From Cyanophyceae cyanobacterium (GTDB lineage: Bacteria; Cyanobacteriota; Cyanobacteriia; Cyanobacteriales; Laspinemataceae), in contig JBBQFN010000038.1 of NCBI GenBank assembly GCA_038321985.1, forward strand, positions 1 to 46,707: a DNA stretch of 46,707 nt, given 5' to 3'. The translations under genes were made by a program, and so were the position numbers. Positions 9,244-19,575 of the stretch are shown here, piece by piece. The number at the start of each line of letters is the position of its first letter. The stretch's first letter is position 1. The notes under the pieces were generated by a model. That model was not told the DNA's origin, did no database searches, and saw only the letters and a list, made by a program, of their open reading frames with translations.

Positions 9244-11100
9244 TAAATGGTCGCGCAGTTTGGCTTTTGGATGAGGAATGGTCCCCAAAGAAGTATCATT
9301 CATCCAGGTGGTTAACTTCCCCTTGGTGACCGTTTTCATCCACTGTTGCGCCTGTTTTAAGGCCAGGGCGACGGAGGGCTGAGTTTCCATTTCCTCATAG
9401 AATTTTACCATCAAAATCGCCGTGGAGACATCATTCACCGACCAGAGGCTGCAAATCACGTTTGTCGCCCCGGCATAGAGAAACCCTAGTCCTAAACTGA
9501 TATATTCTTCCAACTCTGGGGAAAAGTCCGTTAACCCCGTTTCACAAGCGGAGAGAATCACCAGGCGACAGGTGGGTAAATGGAGTTCAAATAATTCCCC
9601 GAGGGTATAACATTGGGTCAGGTCCAGGGCCGTACCTTTGCGCCAGGGGAGAAAGCGCGTTGTAGCAGGTTCAGGGTCGGCATTTTCTGGAGGCATTGCG
9701 GGGGCGGGTTCTGGGGAAGTGACGGTGACTTTTGCCCCGGCTAACACCAAGGGAGAGAGCAGGGGACTGTTGAAATTAAACGCACCATGTCCAGCAAAAT
9801 GGACATATTCTGCCCCTTGAAAATGTTGGCGGTGGGGGTCTTGATTGAGGGCGGTTTTGCTGGCATCCTGGCGGGCGAGATATCGGGTGTTGGGGGGGAA
9901 ATTGGCTAAAATTGCCTCTACTTCTAAGTCGGCATAATCTAAGTCTTCCGTGGGATTTTGAATCGCAAACAGGCGCTTTTGTGAGGTCGGTTTACGGTTG
10001 CGCTGGGAGACTTCCAAGAATTGACAACTGGGGCTATAAGTGACTCCCTTGGGGAATCTATCCATCAGATATTCTGGGTTCTCGCCATCCCCCAGGGGTA
10101 AAGCATGGAGGGGGAACAAGTGCAAATCCCGATAGGGAACTAAAATCAGGCGCTGGTAGTTGCGGGGAAGTTTCCCTAGGAGTTGCGGTAAATCGAGGAT
10201 ATCCCGGAGACGGCGCAGGAAGTCATTGAGATGGGTTTCCCAGTCGGAGAAGTCGCGGGAATAGCTTTCCAAATAGGTTTGGCGCAATTCCTGTAACTCA
10301 CAGAACTGTTCTGGGGTGGAGAGATGCACAGAAATCTCGCCCTGTTCTCCTGTGACGATAAAGGTATAAATTTTGTTGCGGGTGAGATACCATGTCATCA
10401 ACACGGTTTTATTATCTAGTAACCCCTGAATTTCTGAAAATTGGATGGGTTGCACTCGTTGGGTGAGGGTGAAATTGGGGTCGTAGGTTTTCAGGATATC
10501 CAAGAGTTGATTTAAAGCTCGTTTCGCTTCTTGGTACTCTTGACGAAGGCTGGCAATGACTTCGAGGGTGAAGCTGGCAGAGGTGCTGCCCCGTTGCCTG
10601 ATGCCTCCTGGGCCCCCAGGGTCGGAGTGTTTGGGGTTGTCGAGGCTTTCCAGTAATCGCTGTTGGGTGGTGACTTCCCGACGCAGGCGATCGAGTTCCT
10701 GGAGCAATTCTAGGGGAACGTCGCCTTTGGGGTAGAGTTCCCGGTTGGCGAGGAGTTCGATCAGGTTGCGGGATTTGCTGCGTTCCACGCTGGCTAAGGC
10801 TTTGCCGATATCTCCGGCGTTGATGCAGGCTTGCACCAGTTTCTCATAGATTTCCAGTGCCGCTTCCCGGCGGTTTTGTTTTTCCTGGTAGGAGTCGGTG
10901 AAGGTACAACGGGTTTCTACGGCTTCGATAGCGGCTTCATAGCCATAGATGGCGGTTTCCCAGTCTTCGATATCAAAGGCGGTATTACCTAAATTGCTAC
11001 CAATAAATAGGGCTTCTACGGGCAATCTGTCTGGGGGACAAACGGCTAAACCCTCTCTCCAGACGGCGAGGGCTTGGGGGATTTGGTTTAATTCTGTATA

Positions 11101-12240
11101 GGCATTACCCAGATTTCCCAAAGCTGCACCCTCTCCAGCCCTATCCCCCACTTCCCTAGCTATAGCTAAGTGTTGCTCATAATACTCTATAGCCTCTTGG
11201 ACCTGTCCGAGAGAATAGTAGGCATTACCCAGATTTCCCAAAGCAGAACCATCTCAAGCCAAATCCCCCACTACCCGGGCTATAGCGAAGTATTGCTCAT
11301 AATACTCTATAGCCTCTTGGACCTGTCCAAGGAAATAGTAGGCATTACCCAGATTTCCCAAAGCTGCACCTTCTTCAGTCCTATACGCGACTTCCCTGGC
11401 TATAGCTAAGTGTTGCTCATAATACTCTATAGCCTCTTGGACTTGTCCGAGGGAATAGTAGGCATTACCCAGATTTCCCAAAGCCGTACCTTCTCTTCCC
11501 CTATACCCGACTTCCCGGGCTATGTCTAAGCCTTGCTCAAGAAAGTTGATCGCCTGTTGGACTTGCCCGAGGTCCCGGTAGGCAATACCCAGATTTCCCA
11601 AAGCTGCACCTTCCCCTGCCCTATTCCCCACTTCCCGGGCTATGGCTAAGTGTTGCTCATAATACTCTATAGCCCGTTGGATTTGTCCCAGGTTAGAGTA
11701 GGCAAGACCCAGATTTCCCAAAGCCCGACCTTCCCCTGCCCTATTCCCCACTTCCCGGGCTATGGCTAAGTCTTCCTGATGGAAAGCTATAGCCTGTCGG
11801 AATTGTCCGAGGTTACGGTAGGCAATACCCAGGTTTCCCAAAACTGCACCTTCCCCTGCCCTATTCCCCACTTCCCGGGCTATGGCTAAGCCTTGCTCAA
11901 GATAATCAATGGCCCGTTGGACTTGCCCGAGGTCCCGGTAGGCATTACCCAGATTTCCCAAAGCCCTACCTTCTCCAGCCCTATCCCCCACTTCCCGGGC
12001 TATAGCTAAGTGTTGCTGATAATACTCTATGGCCTCTCCGACTTCTCCGAGGGAATAGTAGGCATTACCCAAATTTCCTAAAGTTATACCTTCCCCGGAC
12101 CGATCGCCCATTTCCAGGGCTATGGTTAAGCCTTGCTCAAGATACTCAATGGCCCGTTGGACTTGGCCGCAGTCACGGTAGGCATTACCCAGATTTCCCA
12201 AAGCCCTACCTTCCCCTGCCCTATTCCCCACTTGCCGATA
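11101..12240 (-). repeat. Tandem array of about ten 120-bp (40-aa LGN-type TPR) repeats
   Basis: GGCATTACCCAGATTTCCCAAAG recurs every 120 bp from 11101 to 12181. Confidence 0.97.
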
Positions 12241-12874
12241 GAGGTCCAGAGATTGTTGCCAAGATTGAAAGGCTTGGGAAAATTGACTCTGTTGATATTG
12301 TTCGATACCTTGATCGAACAGGCGATCTGCTTCTGCTTGTTGTTGGAGGGTGGGGTTAGCGGTTTCTATTTTTTGGGCAAAATCCGACAACCAGCCTGCA
12401 GCCCATTCCCCCTCACCCTCTTCCGCACTCTGTTCTGCTAATGCTCGCATCACCTGCACCAACTCCGCATCGACGAGTTCCGGGTTGGCGCTCAGTATAG
12501 CCGTTTCCTCCCCACTGGCACAATCGAGGAGTTCTTGAATCAGGGAAACATAAGCCTGTACTCGTTGTTCATCCATAGCAACGCACTGGGTAGCGGAATA
12601 GCATCCCCATTTTACCCCATCTGTCACCCTCAGAAAGAAGAGAAAAAACTCCTAATAATTTTCCCCATCACAGTATTTTTTGGCTCGGATTATCGGGTTA
12701 TGCTTGGAGTCAGTGCTTAGTTTTCTGGCGAGAGCAGATGTTAGCATTGATAGCCCTCAAGCCCCATAGAGCTTCGGAATTTTCGTCAAGGACTAAACGC
12801 TTTATCTCTTGTACAGGAATCGGTCTAGCTGTCTTGTCACCCTCTGAACCCCCAACCCCAAAATCCCGCCAATC

Positions 12875-15800
12875 CTAAGACAGCGGCAACCGAATACTTA
12901 GATCCGTCCCTACTCCCCATTGAGACTCACAGGTAAGAGAACCACCATGACGGGAGATAATCGCATAACTCACCGATAGCCCTAATCCCGTTCCCTGTCC
13001 CACGGATTTTGTGGTAAAAAAGGGTTCAAAAATATGCTCTTTAATCCCCTCCGCAATCCCATTCCCATTATCGGAAATTTTGATTTCAATGGTTTGAGTA
13101 TCTACCTGTTGGGTTTGAATCCGAATGGTCGGTTGAGCGTCTGATTTTTGGAAGTTCTGCAAGGCATCAATGGCATTACTTAACAGACTTAAAAACACTT
13201 GATTGATTTGACTGGCATAACAGGATAAACCCGGAAGGGTTCCATACTCTTTCACCATCTGAATGGGAGGAGTTTTGGAGTCTCCCGCTAACCGTCTTTG
13301 TAAAATCATCAGGGTGCTTTCTAGTCCTTCATGTAAATCCACGGTTTTGATATCCGACTCATCCAGGCGGGAGAAATTACGAAGATTGAGGATAATGGTT
13401 TTAATGCGCTCACTCCCGGTTTTCATGGACTTAAATAAATTCTGATAGTCTTGGGAGATAAAATTCAACTCAATTTCATCGATTAACTCTTGCACTTCGG
13501 CATTGTCTTGGGGATATTCCCGTTGATAACAGTCAATCAGGCGCAATAAATCGGTGATATATTGTGCGGCATGGGTTAGATTACCATGAATAAAGTTGAT
13601 GGGATTGTTGATTTCATGGGCAATGCCCCCAACTAATTGACCGAGGGCGGACATTTTTTCACTTTGAATCAGTTGGGCTTGGGTTTGTTGCAAGTCGGTG
13701 AGAGTGGTTTCTAAGTCAAGGGCTTTTTGACGGAGGGCTGTGGTTTTGCGTTCCACTTCGACTTCTAAGGTATGGGAATAGTCGGCAACTTGTTGATAGA
13801 GGCGAGCATTTTGGAGGGAGATAGCCGCTTGAGCTGCTAAAATCTGTAAGGTTTCCACGCGATCGCCCGTAAATGCGCCCATCGTCTGCTGATTCTCCAA
13901 ATACAGCACGCCCATCAGGGTTCCCTGTTGCACGATGGGAATCCCCAGTAAACTCTTGGGTTGCTGTTCCCTCACATAGCGATCGCCCCTCAACCGGGGA
14001 TGCACCCGCGCATCGGCAATCACCATCGGTTTGAGGGTGCGGCGAACGGTATGGACTAGGGTTTCGGCAATCTCAGGATAACGGGAGAGGGGAATCGACT
14101 CCACCCGGGTGGCTGCTTCCAGAGTGGCGATCGCCTCGATAAACCATTCGCTACCCTGGGGCATCAATAGCAACCCCTTATCCGCCCCCGCATTCTTGAG
14201 AACAATCTCCAGCAGCCTCGCCAGAAGTGAGTTCAGATCCATCTCACCGGACAAGGTTTGAGAGGCTTTCAAGACGCTGGCTAGGTCCAGACTTAGTGAG
14301 AGACTGCTACTGTCTGCACTAGAGGATTGACTCGTCGCGGTTTGAGTGAAGGTGATAGACTGAGTAGCTAAACAGGTATCCATCATCGACTCTGCCGATC
14401 GCTGAGAATTGAGCATCGGCGCAAGCAGGCGAGGATAACGGCGTTCTAAGTCCGCCACTTTGGTTTTCGCCCCCCAATAGATATAGCCATAATAGGCATC
14501 AGTGAGATATACCTGGGCGATTTTCTCTTTACCCCAATCTTGATAAAACAGGGCGGCGCGCTCACAGGCAAGGGCTTCCTCCTGGGGGTACTGGGCCGCC
14601 TTTGCACCGGCGATCGCCCGCTCATACGCTTCCATCGCCGCCATGTTCTCACCTAACACCCGATACCGTTCCGCTTCCACTAACTCAAACTTATGCTGAA
14701 AGTTCGCCGGGGCAGATTCAGCCCATCGTTCCAGTTTCTCCTGGTTTTCCTGAACTCTCTCTAAAATCCCCTGTTGCTGTTCTGTGGGCAGGTGGCTATA
14801 GTCCGCTAGCTGCACCAACGAATCATAGAAATAAAAGACGGAGCCGAAATAAAGCCCTGTAACCCCATTAATATAAGTTTTCGCTAAATCGGCAAATTCC
14901 CATCCTGGCTCAATCTCACCCAACAGATAGCTGAGAATCAGTTTATGGAGATATACCTGATAGAGCGCATAGCGATCGTCCGCCTGATAATGGAGCGGTA
15001 ACGACTGCCGTTCATTATAGGCGGCTCCCACTAATTCCGTAGGCTGCTCCGGCGCGTCAATGAGGTTCAAAACCCCCTGTCGATAAATATTGTGATAAGT
15101 CAGAGTATTGAGTTGATTGAGTTCCTCTAATGCCTGACTATATTGCGTGAGATTTTCCCCTAATTTAATCAGATTTTTGCCACAAAAATACTCGTATTCA
15201 TGATGATGTAAAATGCAATAGCCACCATATTGAAAATCCCCGGTTTCTAGCCCTGCCTGATACCCTTCTTGCAACGCCTGGAGACAGTCCCTCAAGGGCT
15301 GTTGCCAAGGGAGAATCGTGCAGTAGACCAGGTTTAAAACTTTAGCTTTGAGGCTTTTGGCTTTGAATTTTTCCATGACCTCCATCGCCAGTTTTCCGAA
15401 CTCAAGACCCTGGGCAAACTGACCCCCATTCGAGAGAATCATCCCATAAGAACCATAAACAAAAGCAGCCCCAAATGAATTGCCATGCTCTAGAGATAAG
15501 CTGACTTGCTCACAAATCAACAGGGGCAATAGACCTGGATAAGCGACAAAGGTAATTGAAAATAAACTAATTAAAATCCGCAGAACGGCCCGTTTTTCGG
15601 GGTTCTCCATCTTGGGCAAATCAAGGAGCTGATGCACCGGGCGATGGGCGAGCAGAGTCTCAACCCGCTCCAGAGCCAAGGTTGTATCCTCGGGGGTTGG
15701 GCTATCGGGTAAATGAATCCCAAGCTGGGCTAAAACGGATTTCCCTAAGGCTAAGGCTTCCGGTAAGCGGTTTTGAGCGATATAGGCTTGGATTTTGATG

Positions 15801-18373
15801 TCCTGGATGGGAATCTGATCGAGCAAGCATTGAGCATGGGCTAAAACCTCCCGGGCAAGCTGTTCCATCTCCTGGAACTCCCCATTGAGGTAAGCCACCT
15901 CGACGGCGTTGCGATAGAGCTTCAGAGTGAGGTCGTAGAGCGGTTCCCAAGATTGGGGAGGGAGTTGCCTGAGTCCGGCTTGGAAGTAGGTGGCGGCGGT
16001 TTTATAGGCGACGGCGGTGACGGCTTTGCGTCCTGCCTCTAGGTTTAATTCCGCCACCTGTTGCTGCTGGGCCAGGGTGGTAATCAGGGCGCTTCCGGCG
16101 TTGAGTTGATTGACAATATCAAAGAGTTTATCCCCTTGAGCTTGCCGATCGCAGCGTTGCAGGAGGAGTTGGCCAATTTGCCAATGGGTGGCGGGTTTCT
16201 CCCTGTCAGGGATGAGGAAATAGGCCGCTTGTTGAACGCGATCGTGGAGAAAGCGATAGCTAGGATTGATATCCGGGCTTAACTCAAAGGATTCGACATC
16301 CTGAAAGAATGGGTACAGGGCGCTGGTGGGTAAAATTAGCCCCTCTTGTAAGGCGGGCCACAGGGCGATCGCCACTTCCCGGGGGGCTTGCTGGGAGACG
16401 AGATTCAGGGTCGCCAAATCAAACTCGTTGCCGATGCAGGCAGCTAATTTGAGGACGGATTGGCTTTCGGGAGGGAGTTTTTGCAATTGCTCCGCTAGAA
16501 ATTCCACCACATCCTCGGTGAGGGAGAGAGTCCCAATTTTGCCAATCTCACAGTCCCATTGACCATGTTGGGGGTTAAAGGTGAGGTAACCATCGCGATG
16601 TAAGGTTTTCAGAAACTGGCTAATGAAAAAGGGATTCCCCTGGGTTTTGCGCGCCGTGAACTCTGTGAGAGGGTGGGCCGGTTCGGGGGAACAGTTGAGG
16701 GTATCCGCCACAAGCTGGTTAATATCCTGGAACTGGAGGGGTCCCAGGTGGATGGTGTTGACCGGAACCTGTCCCTGTTGCAGTTCATCCAGGGCGAGGA
16801 GGAGGGGATGGCCCGGTGAGACTTCGTTATCTCGATAGGCTCCCAACAGAAGTACGAAACCTTGTCCCTTGATCAGTAATTTCAGCAGTTGGATGGAGGC
16901 GGAATCGGCCCACTGGAGGTCATCCAGGAAGATCACCAGGGGATGATCCGGTTCGGCAAAGCATTCGATGAACTGCTGGAACAAACGGTTAAAACGATTT
17001 TGAGCGGCAGTTCCTGAGAGTTCCGGGGCGGGGGGTTGAGGCCCGATAATCTGTTCCAGTTCGGGGATGACATCAATGAGAACTTGTGCGTTGTCCCCCA
17101 GGACTTCTGAAATAGCGGAGTTCCATCCGTACAAGCGCTGATCGGGTTCACAGAGCAGTTGTTCAATCAGGTCTTCAACCGCTTGCACCAGGGCATCTAA
17201 GGGGATGTTGCGCTTAAATTGGTCGAATTTACCCTGGATGAAGTAGCCCCGTTTTTCCAGGATGGGTTTGTGAACTTCCTGAACCACGGCGGTTTTGCCG
17301 ATACCGGAGAACCCTGCCACGAGCAGGATTTCTGAGGGGCCTTGGCTGACGCGTTCAAAGGCGTTGAGGAGGGCTTGTACTTGGGTTTCTCGGCCATAGA
17401 GTTTTTCGGGGATGAGGAAGCGATCGCTCACATCTCGTTGCCCCAGTTCCAGGTGGGTGATGGCACCTTGACGTTGCCATTGCTCTAAACATTGTTCTAG
17501 GTCATGTTTGATGCCGAGGGCGCTTTGATAGCGGTCTTCAGCATTTTTAGCCATCAGTTTCCCCACCAAGGCGGCGACAGGTTCGGGAATGCTGGGATTT
17601 ACCTGATGCAGGGGGGTGGGTATCTTGGCAATATGACTGTGGATCAACTCTAACGGATCGTCGGAGCGGAAGGGGAGTTGGCCGCTGAGAAGTTGGTAGA
17701 GGGTGACCCCCAGGGCGTAATAGTCGGCGCGGTAGTCGATCCCCCGATTCATCCGCCCCGTTTGTTCTGGGGCAAGATAGGCCAGGGTTCCTTGGAGGGT
17801 GTTGGGGGTTTGGATTTCCTGGACTTCTTTGGGCAGTTGGGAGGCGATGCTAAAATCGATGAGCTTAATTTCCTGAGTCTGGGGGTGAATCAGGAGGTTG
17901 GCGGGTTTGATGTCTTTATGGATGACGCGCTGTTGGTGTAAGTCATGGAGAATCTGGGCCACCTGGATGGCGATCGCTAAGATTTGGGGCAGATCTAAGG
18001 GATGGTGCTGACTATAGTCTTTTAACGAGACTCCCCCCCAGTCGTCCATGATCAAGGCATAGCTATTTCCGGTAGGTTCTAAACTCAGGGGCTGAAGGAT
18101 GCCGGGAAGGTCCAGGGTTTTGGCGATCGCGTACTGGTTGCGAAACTGCACTAATTCGGCAAAGCTGGGACGTTCCTGCCGCAAAAGTTTGATCACAACC
18201 GGCCGCTGTTGTGCTTGCTGTATGCCCCGATAGGTAACAGTACGGGAACCGAGGTACAACTGTTCGAGGAGAGTATAGCCGGGAATGTCGGGGAATGTCG
18301 GGGAGGAACTAGAGGAGGAGGACATTGTTCGGTCTGTTTCCGATTGATGGTTTATACTCAATCTGGTACTCAT
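12875..18373 (-). CDS. Ser/Thr kinase - AAA ATPase - GAF - histidine kinase (HstK-like multi-domain kinase)
   Basis: HKDIKPAN, DFSIA, APEQTGRMNR; Walker A GFSGIGKT; Walker B IFLDDLQWAD; GAF (LYLEN); H-box GIAHEINNP; HATPase. Start uncertain (18325, 18373 or 18412). Confidence 0.93.
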   Translation of the reverse strand: MSTRLSINHQSETDRTMSSSSSSSPTFPDIPGYTLLEQLYLGSRTVTYRGIQQAQQRPVVIKLLRQERPSFAELVQFRNQYAIAKTLDLPGILQPLSLEPTGNSYALIMDDWGGVSLKDYSQHHPLDLPQILAIAIQVAQILHDLHQQRVIHKDIKPANLLIHPQTQEIKLIDFSIASQLPKEVQEIQTPNTLQGTLAYLAPEQTGRMNRGIDYRADYYALGVTLYQLLSGQLPFRSDDPLELIHSHIAKIPTPLHQVNPSIPEPVAALVGKLMAKNAEDRYQSALGIKHDLEQCLEQWQRQGAITHLELGQRDVSDRFLIPEKLYGRETQVQALLNAFERVSQGPSEILLVAGFSGIGKTAVVQEVHKPILEKRGYFIQGKFDQFKRNIPLDALVQAVEDLIEQLLCEPDQRLYGWNSAISEVLGDNAQVLIDVIPELEQIIGPQPPAPELSGTAAQNRFNRLFQQFIECFAEPDHPLVIFLDDLQWADSASIQLLKLLIKGQGFVLLLGAYRDNEVSPGHPLLLALDELQQGQVPVNTIHLGPLQFQDINQLVADTLNCSPEPAHPLTEFTARKTQGNPFFISQFLKTLHRDGYLTFNPQHGQWDCEIGKIGTLSLTEDVVEFLAEQLQKLPPESQSVLKLAACIGNEFDLATLNLVSQQAPREVAIALWPALQEGLILPTSALYPFFQDVESFELSPDINPSYRFLHDRVQQAAYFLIPDREKPATHWQIGQLLLQRCDRQAQGDKLFDIVNQLNAGSALITTLAQQQQVAELNLEAGRKAVTAVAYKTAATYFQAGLRQLPPQSWEPLYDLTLKLYRNAVEVAYLNGEFQEMEQLAREVLAHAQCLLDQIPIQDIKIQAYIAQNRLPEALALGKSVLAQLGIHLPDSPTPEDTTLALERVETLLAHRPVHQLLDLPKMENPEKRAVLRILISLFSITFVAYPGLLPLLICEQVSLSLEHGNSFGAAFVYGSYGMILSNGGQFAQGLEFGKLAMEVMEKFKAKSLKAKVLNLVYCTILPWQQPLRDCLQALQEGYQAGLETGDFQYGGYCILHHHEYEYFCGKNLIKLGENLTQYSQALEELNQLNTLTYHNIYRQGVLNLIDAPEQPTELVGAAYNERQSLPLHYQADDRYALYQVYLHKLILSYLLGEIEPGWEFADLAKTYINGVTGLYFGSVFYFYDSLVQLADYSHLPTEQQQGILERVQENQEKLERWAESAPANFQHKFELVEAERYRVLGENMAAMEAYERAIAGAKAAQYPQEEALACERAALFYQDWGKEKIAQVYLTDAYYGYIYWGAKTKVADLERRYPRLLAPMLNSQRSAESMMDTCLATQSITFTQTATSQSSSADSSSLSLSLDLASVLKASQTLSGEMDLNSLLARLLEIVLKNAGADKGLLLMPQGSEWFIEAIATLEAATRVESIPLSRYPEIAETLVHTVRRTLKPMVIADARVHPRLRGDRYVREQQPKSLLGIPIVQQGTLMGVLYLENQQTMGAFTGDRVETLQILAAQAAISLQNARLYQQVADYSHTLEVEVERKTTALRQKALDLETTLTDLQQTQAQLIQSEKMSALGQLVGGIAHEINNPINFIHGNLTHAAQYITDLLRLIDCYQREYPQDNAEVQELIDEIELNFISQDYQNLFKSMKTGSERIKTIILNLRNFSRLDESDIKTVDLHEGLESTLMILQRRLAGDSKTPPIQMVKEYGTLPGLSCYASQINQVFLSLLSNAIDALQNFQKSDAQPTIRIQTQQVDTQTIEIKISDNGNGIAEGIKEHIFEPFFTTKSVGQGTGLGLSVSYAIISRHGGSLTCESQWGVGTDLSIRLPLS

Positions 18374-18585
18374 AGGTTTGCTTAAAAAACACCCTGACGA
18401 CTGGAGGTTCACAGGATGGAGTCTCTCCTGGAGGGGCTGTCATGGTTAAAGTAAATTTAAGACCACCGGATTGAGTCCGATCTCCCCATTATAGCCATGC
18501 CATTTTACCACAGTTTGCAGCATCCCAGTTAATTGCATCCCAGTTAATTGAGCGATGAATCCAGAGGAAACAGGAGTGCCTGGTC

Positions 18586-19203
18586 CTAGGAACTAGGTTT
18601 TCTTTCCTCTTCTAAGGAGGCCGTATTTTCTACGGGGGTCAAGTCTAGGGTGGCGTAGATTTCGGCCAGGGGAAGGTTTAGGTCGAGGCTGTCAATTCTT
18701 GCTATTTCAGATAATCCTTGATAGGTTTCTAACATCCAGCGATCGCCTTCTATTCTGTGAAATATTTCTACTACATAGTCCTGAGAACTGACGAGGATAT
18801 AATCTTCTAAACTGGGAATAGTCCGATAATATTGAAATTTTTTACCTCGGTCAAAGGATTCGGTGGATTCGGATAACACTTCGATGATGACTTTTGGGGT
18901 GTCTACATAGAGAACATTACTCTGATCAGTGGGGTCGCAATTGACTACCAAATCAGGATAAAAAAAACGTTTTCCTTCTTCAATTCTTACTTTTATGTCT
19001 GCAAAATAGGTACGACAGGGAGAGTTTTTAAGAGCGGTCCGCAAGAAGATATAAAGATTACCACTAATAGTATTATGGTCTTTGCTTGTACCTGCCATTG
19101 CGTAAACTTCACCATCAAGATATTCATGTTTGATTGGGCTATGACGTTCGCGTTCTAGGTATTCTTCGGGACTAATAGGCTTATCAGATTTTACAGCAAT
19201 CAT
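18586..19203 (-). CDS. Uma2 (DUF820) family putative endonuclease
   Basis: KHEYLDGEVYAMAG, YPDLVV, IIEVLSESTESFDRGKKF motifs. Confidence 0.92.
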   Translation of the reverse strand: MIAVKSDKPISPEEYLERERHSPIKHEYLDGEVYAMAGTSKDHNTISGNLYIFLRTALKNSPCRTYFADIKVRIEEGKRFFYPDLVVNCDPTDQSNVLYVDTPKVIIEVLSESTESFDRGKKFQYYRTIPSLEDYILVSSQDYVVEIFHRIEGDRWMLETYQGLSEIARIDSLDLNLPLAEIYATLDLTPVENTASLEEERKPSS

Positions 19204-19303
19204 GGTTAGTTTGGGGATAGAGATTGGCAATAATTGGTGGGGTTTAAACTTAACTGCTACAACCTTACCGGGAAAGGCTTTGAGTTGTCTTTAAACCCAT
19301 TAT

Positions 19304-19573
19304 AGGGCAACCCCTGAAGGGGTTACTACAAACGTTTGTAGTGACTCCTTTAAGAGTAGCCCTGTCAAGGTGATAAATTTGATGACAAAAAATCCTTATT
19401 TCATGTAGCAATACTTGCGCCCTGAATTGGCTTTCAATCCTAGCCCTGTTAAGGTGATAAATTTGATGATAAAAAATCCTATTTCATGTAGGAGAGAGAG
19501 GAGAGGGCGCAAGCATTGCGCCCCTACAAATACACCTTGACAGGGCAACCCCTGAAGGGGTTACTACAAACGT
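19304..19573. repeat. REP/MITE cluster: CCCCTGAAGGGGTTACTAC hairpins plus two AGCCCTGT(C/T)AAGGTGATAAATTTGATG modules
   Basis: Same modules as at 1763-1860 and 5251-5455. Inverted termini GCCCTGTTAAGGTG...CACCTTGACAGGGC. Confidence 0.85.
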
Positions 19574-19575
19574 TG

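Larger units (their letters stand above)
7834..12576 (-). pseudogene. TPR-repeat + CHAT (caspase-like) protease gene, interrupted by an in-frame TGA (11254-11256) and an ISAzo13 insertion (7918-9243)
   Basis: ORFs 11254..12627 and 9226..11241 are in the same frame. Catalytic HFAGHG and LSACETG motifs are intact. Removing the IS restores ...KLRDHL-NLGFKRADYRPYEHPIHWAAFCAIGV*, the conserved CHAT C-terminus. Confidence 0.9.

Noticed and set aside
11254..11256. TGA as selenocysteine or programmed readthrough
   Set aside because: It replaces a Gly codon in a structural repeat and no SECIS-like hairpin was recognised.
11101..12240. TPR repeats as a diversity-generating retroelement TR/VR pair
   Set aside because: No reverse transcriptase in the window. 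The A-biased unit is A-rich on the antisense strand and is derived, since the other units mostly agree at those sites, which is the opposite of a template repeat.
18520..18550. 15-bp tandem duplication GCATCCCAGTTAATT
   Set aside because: A single local slippage duplication with no further support for function.
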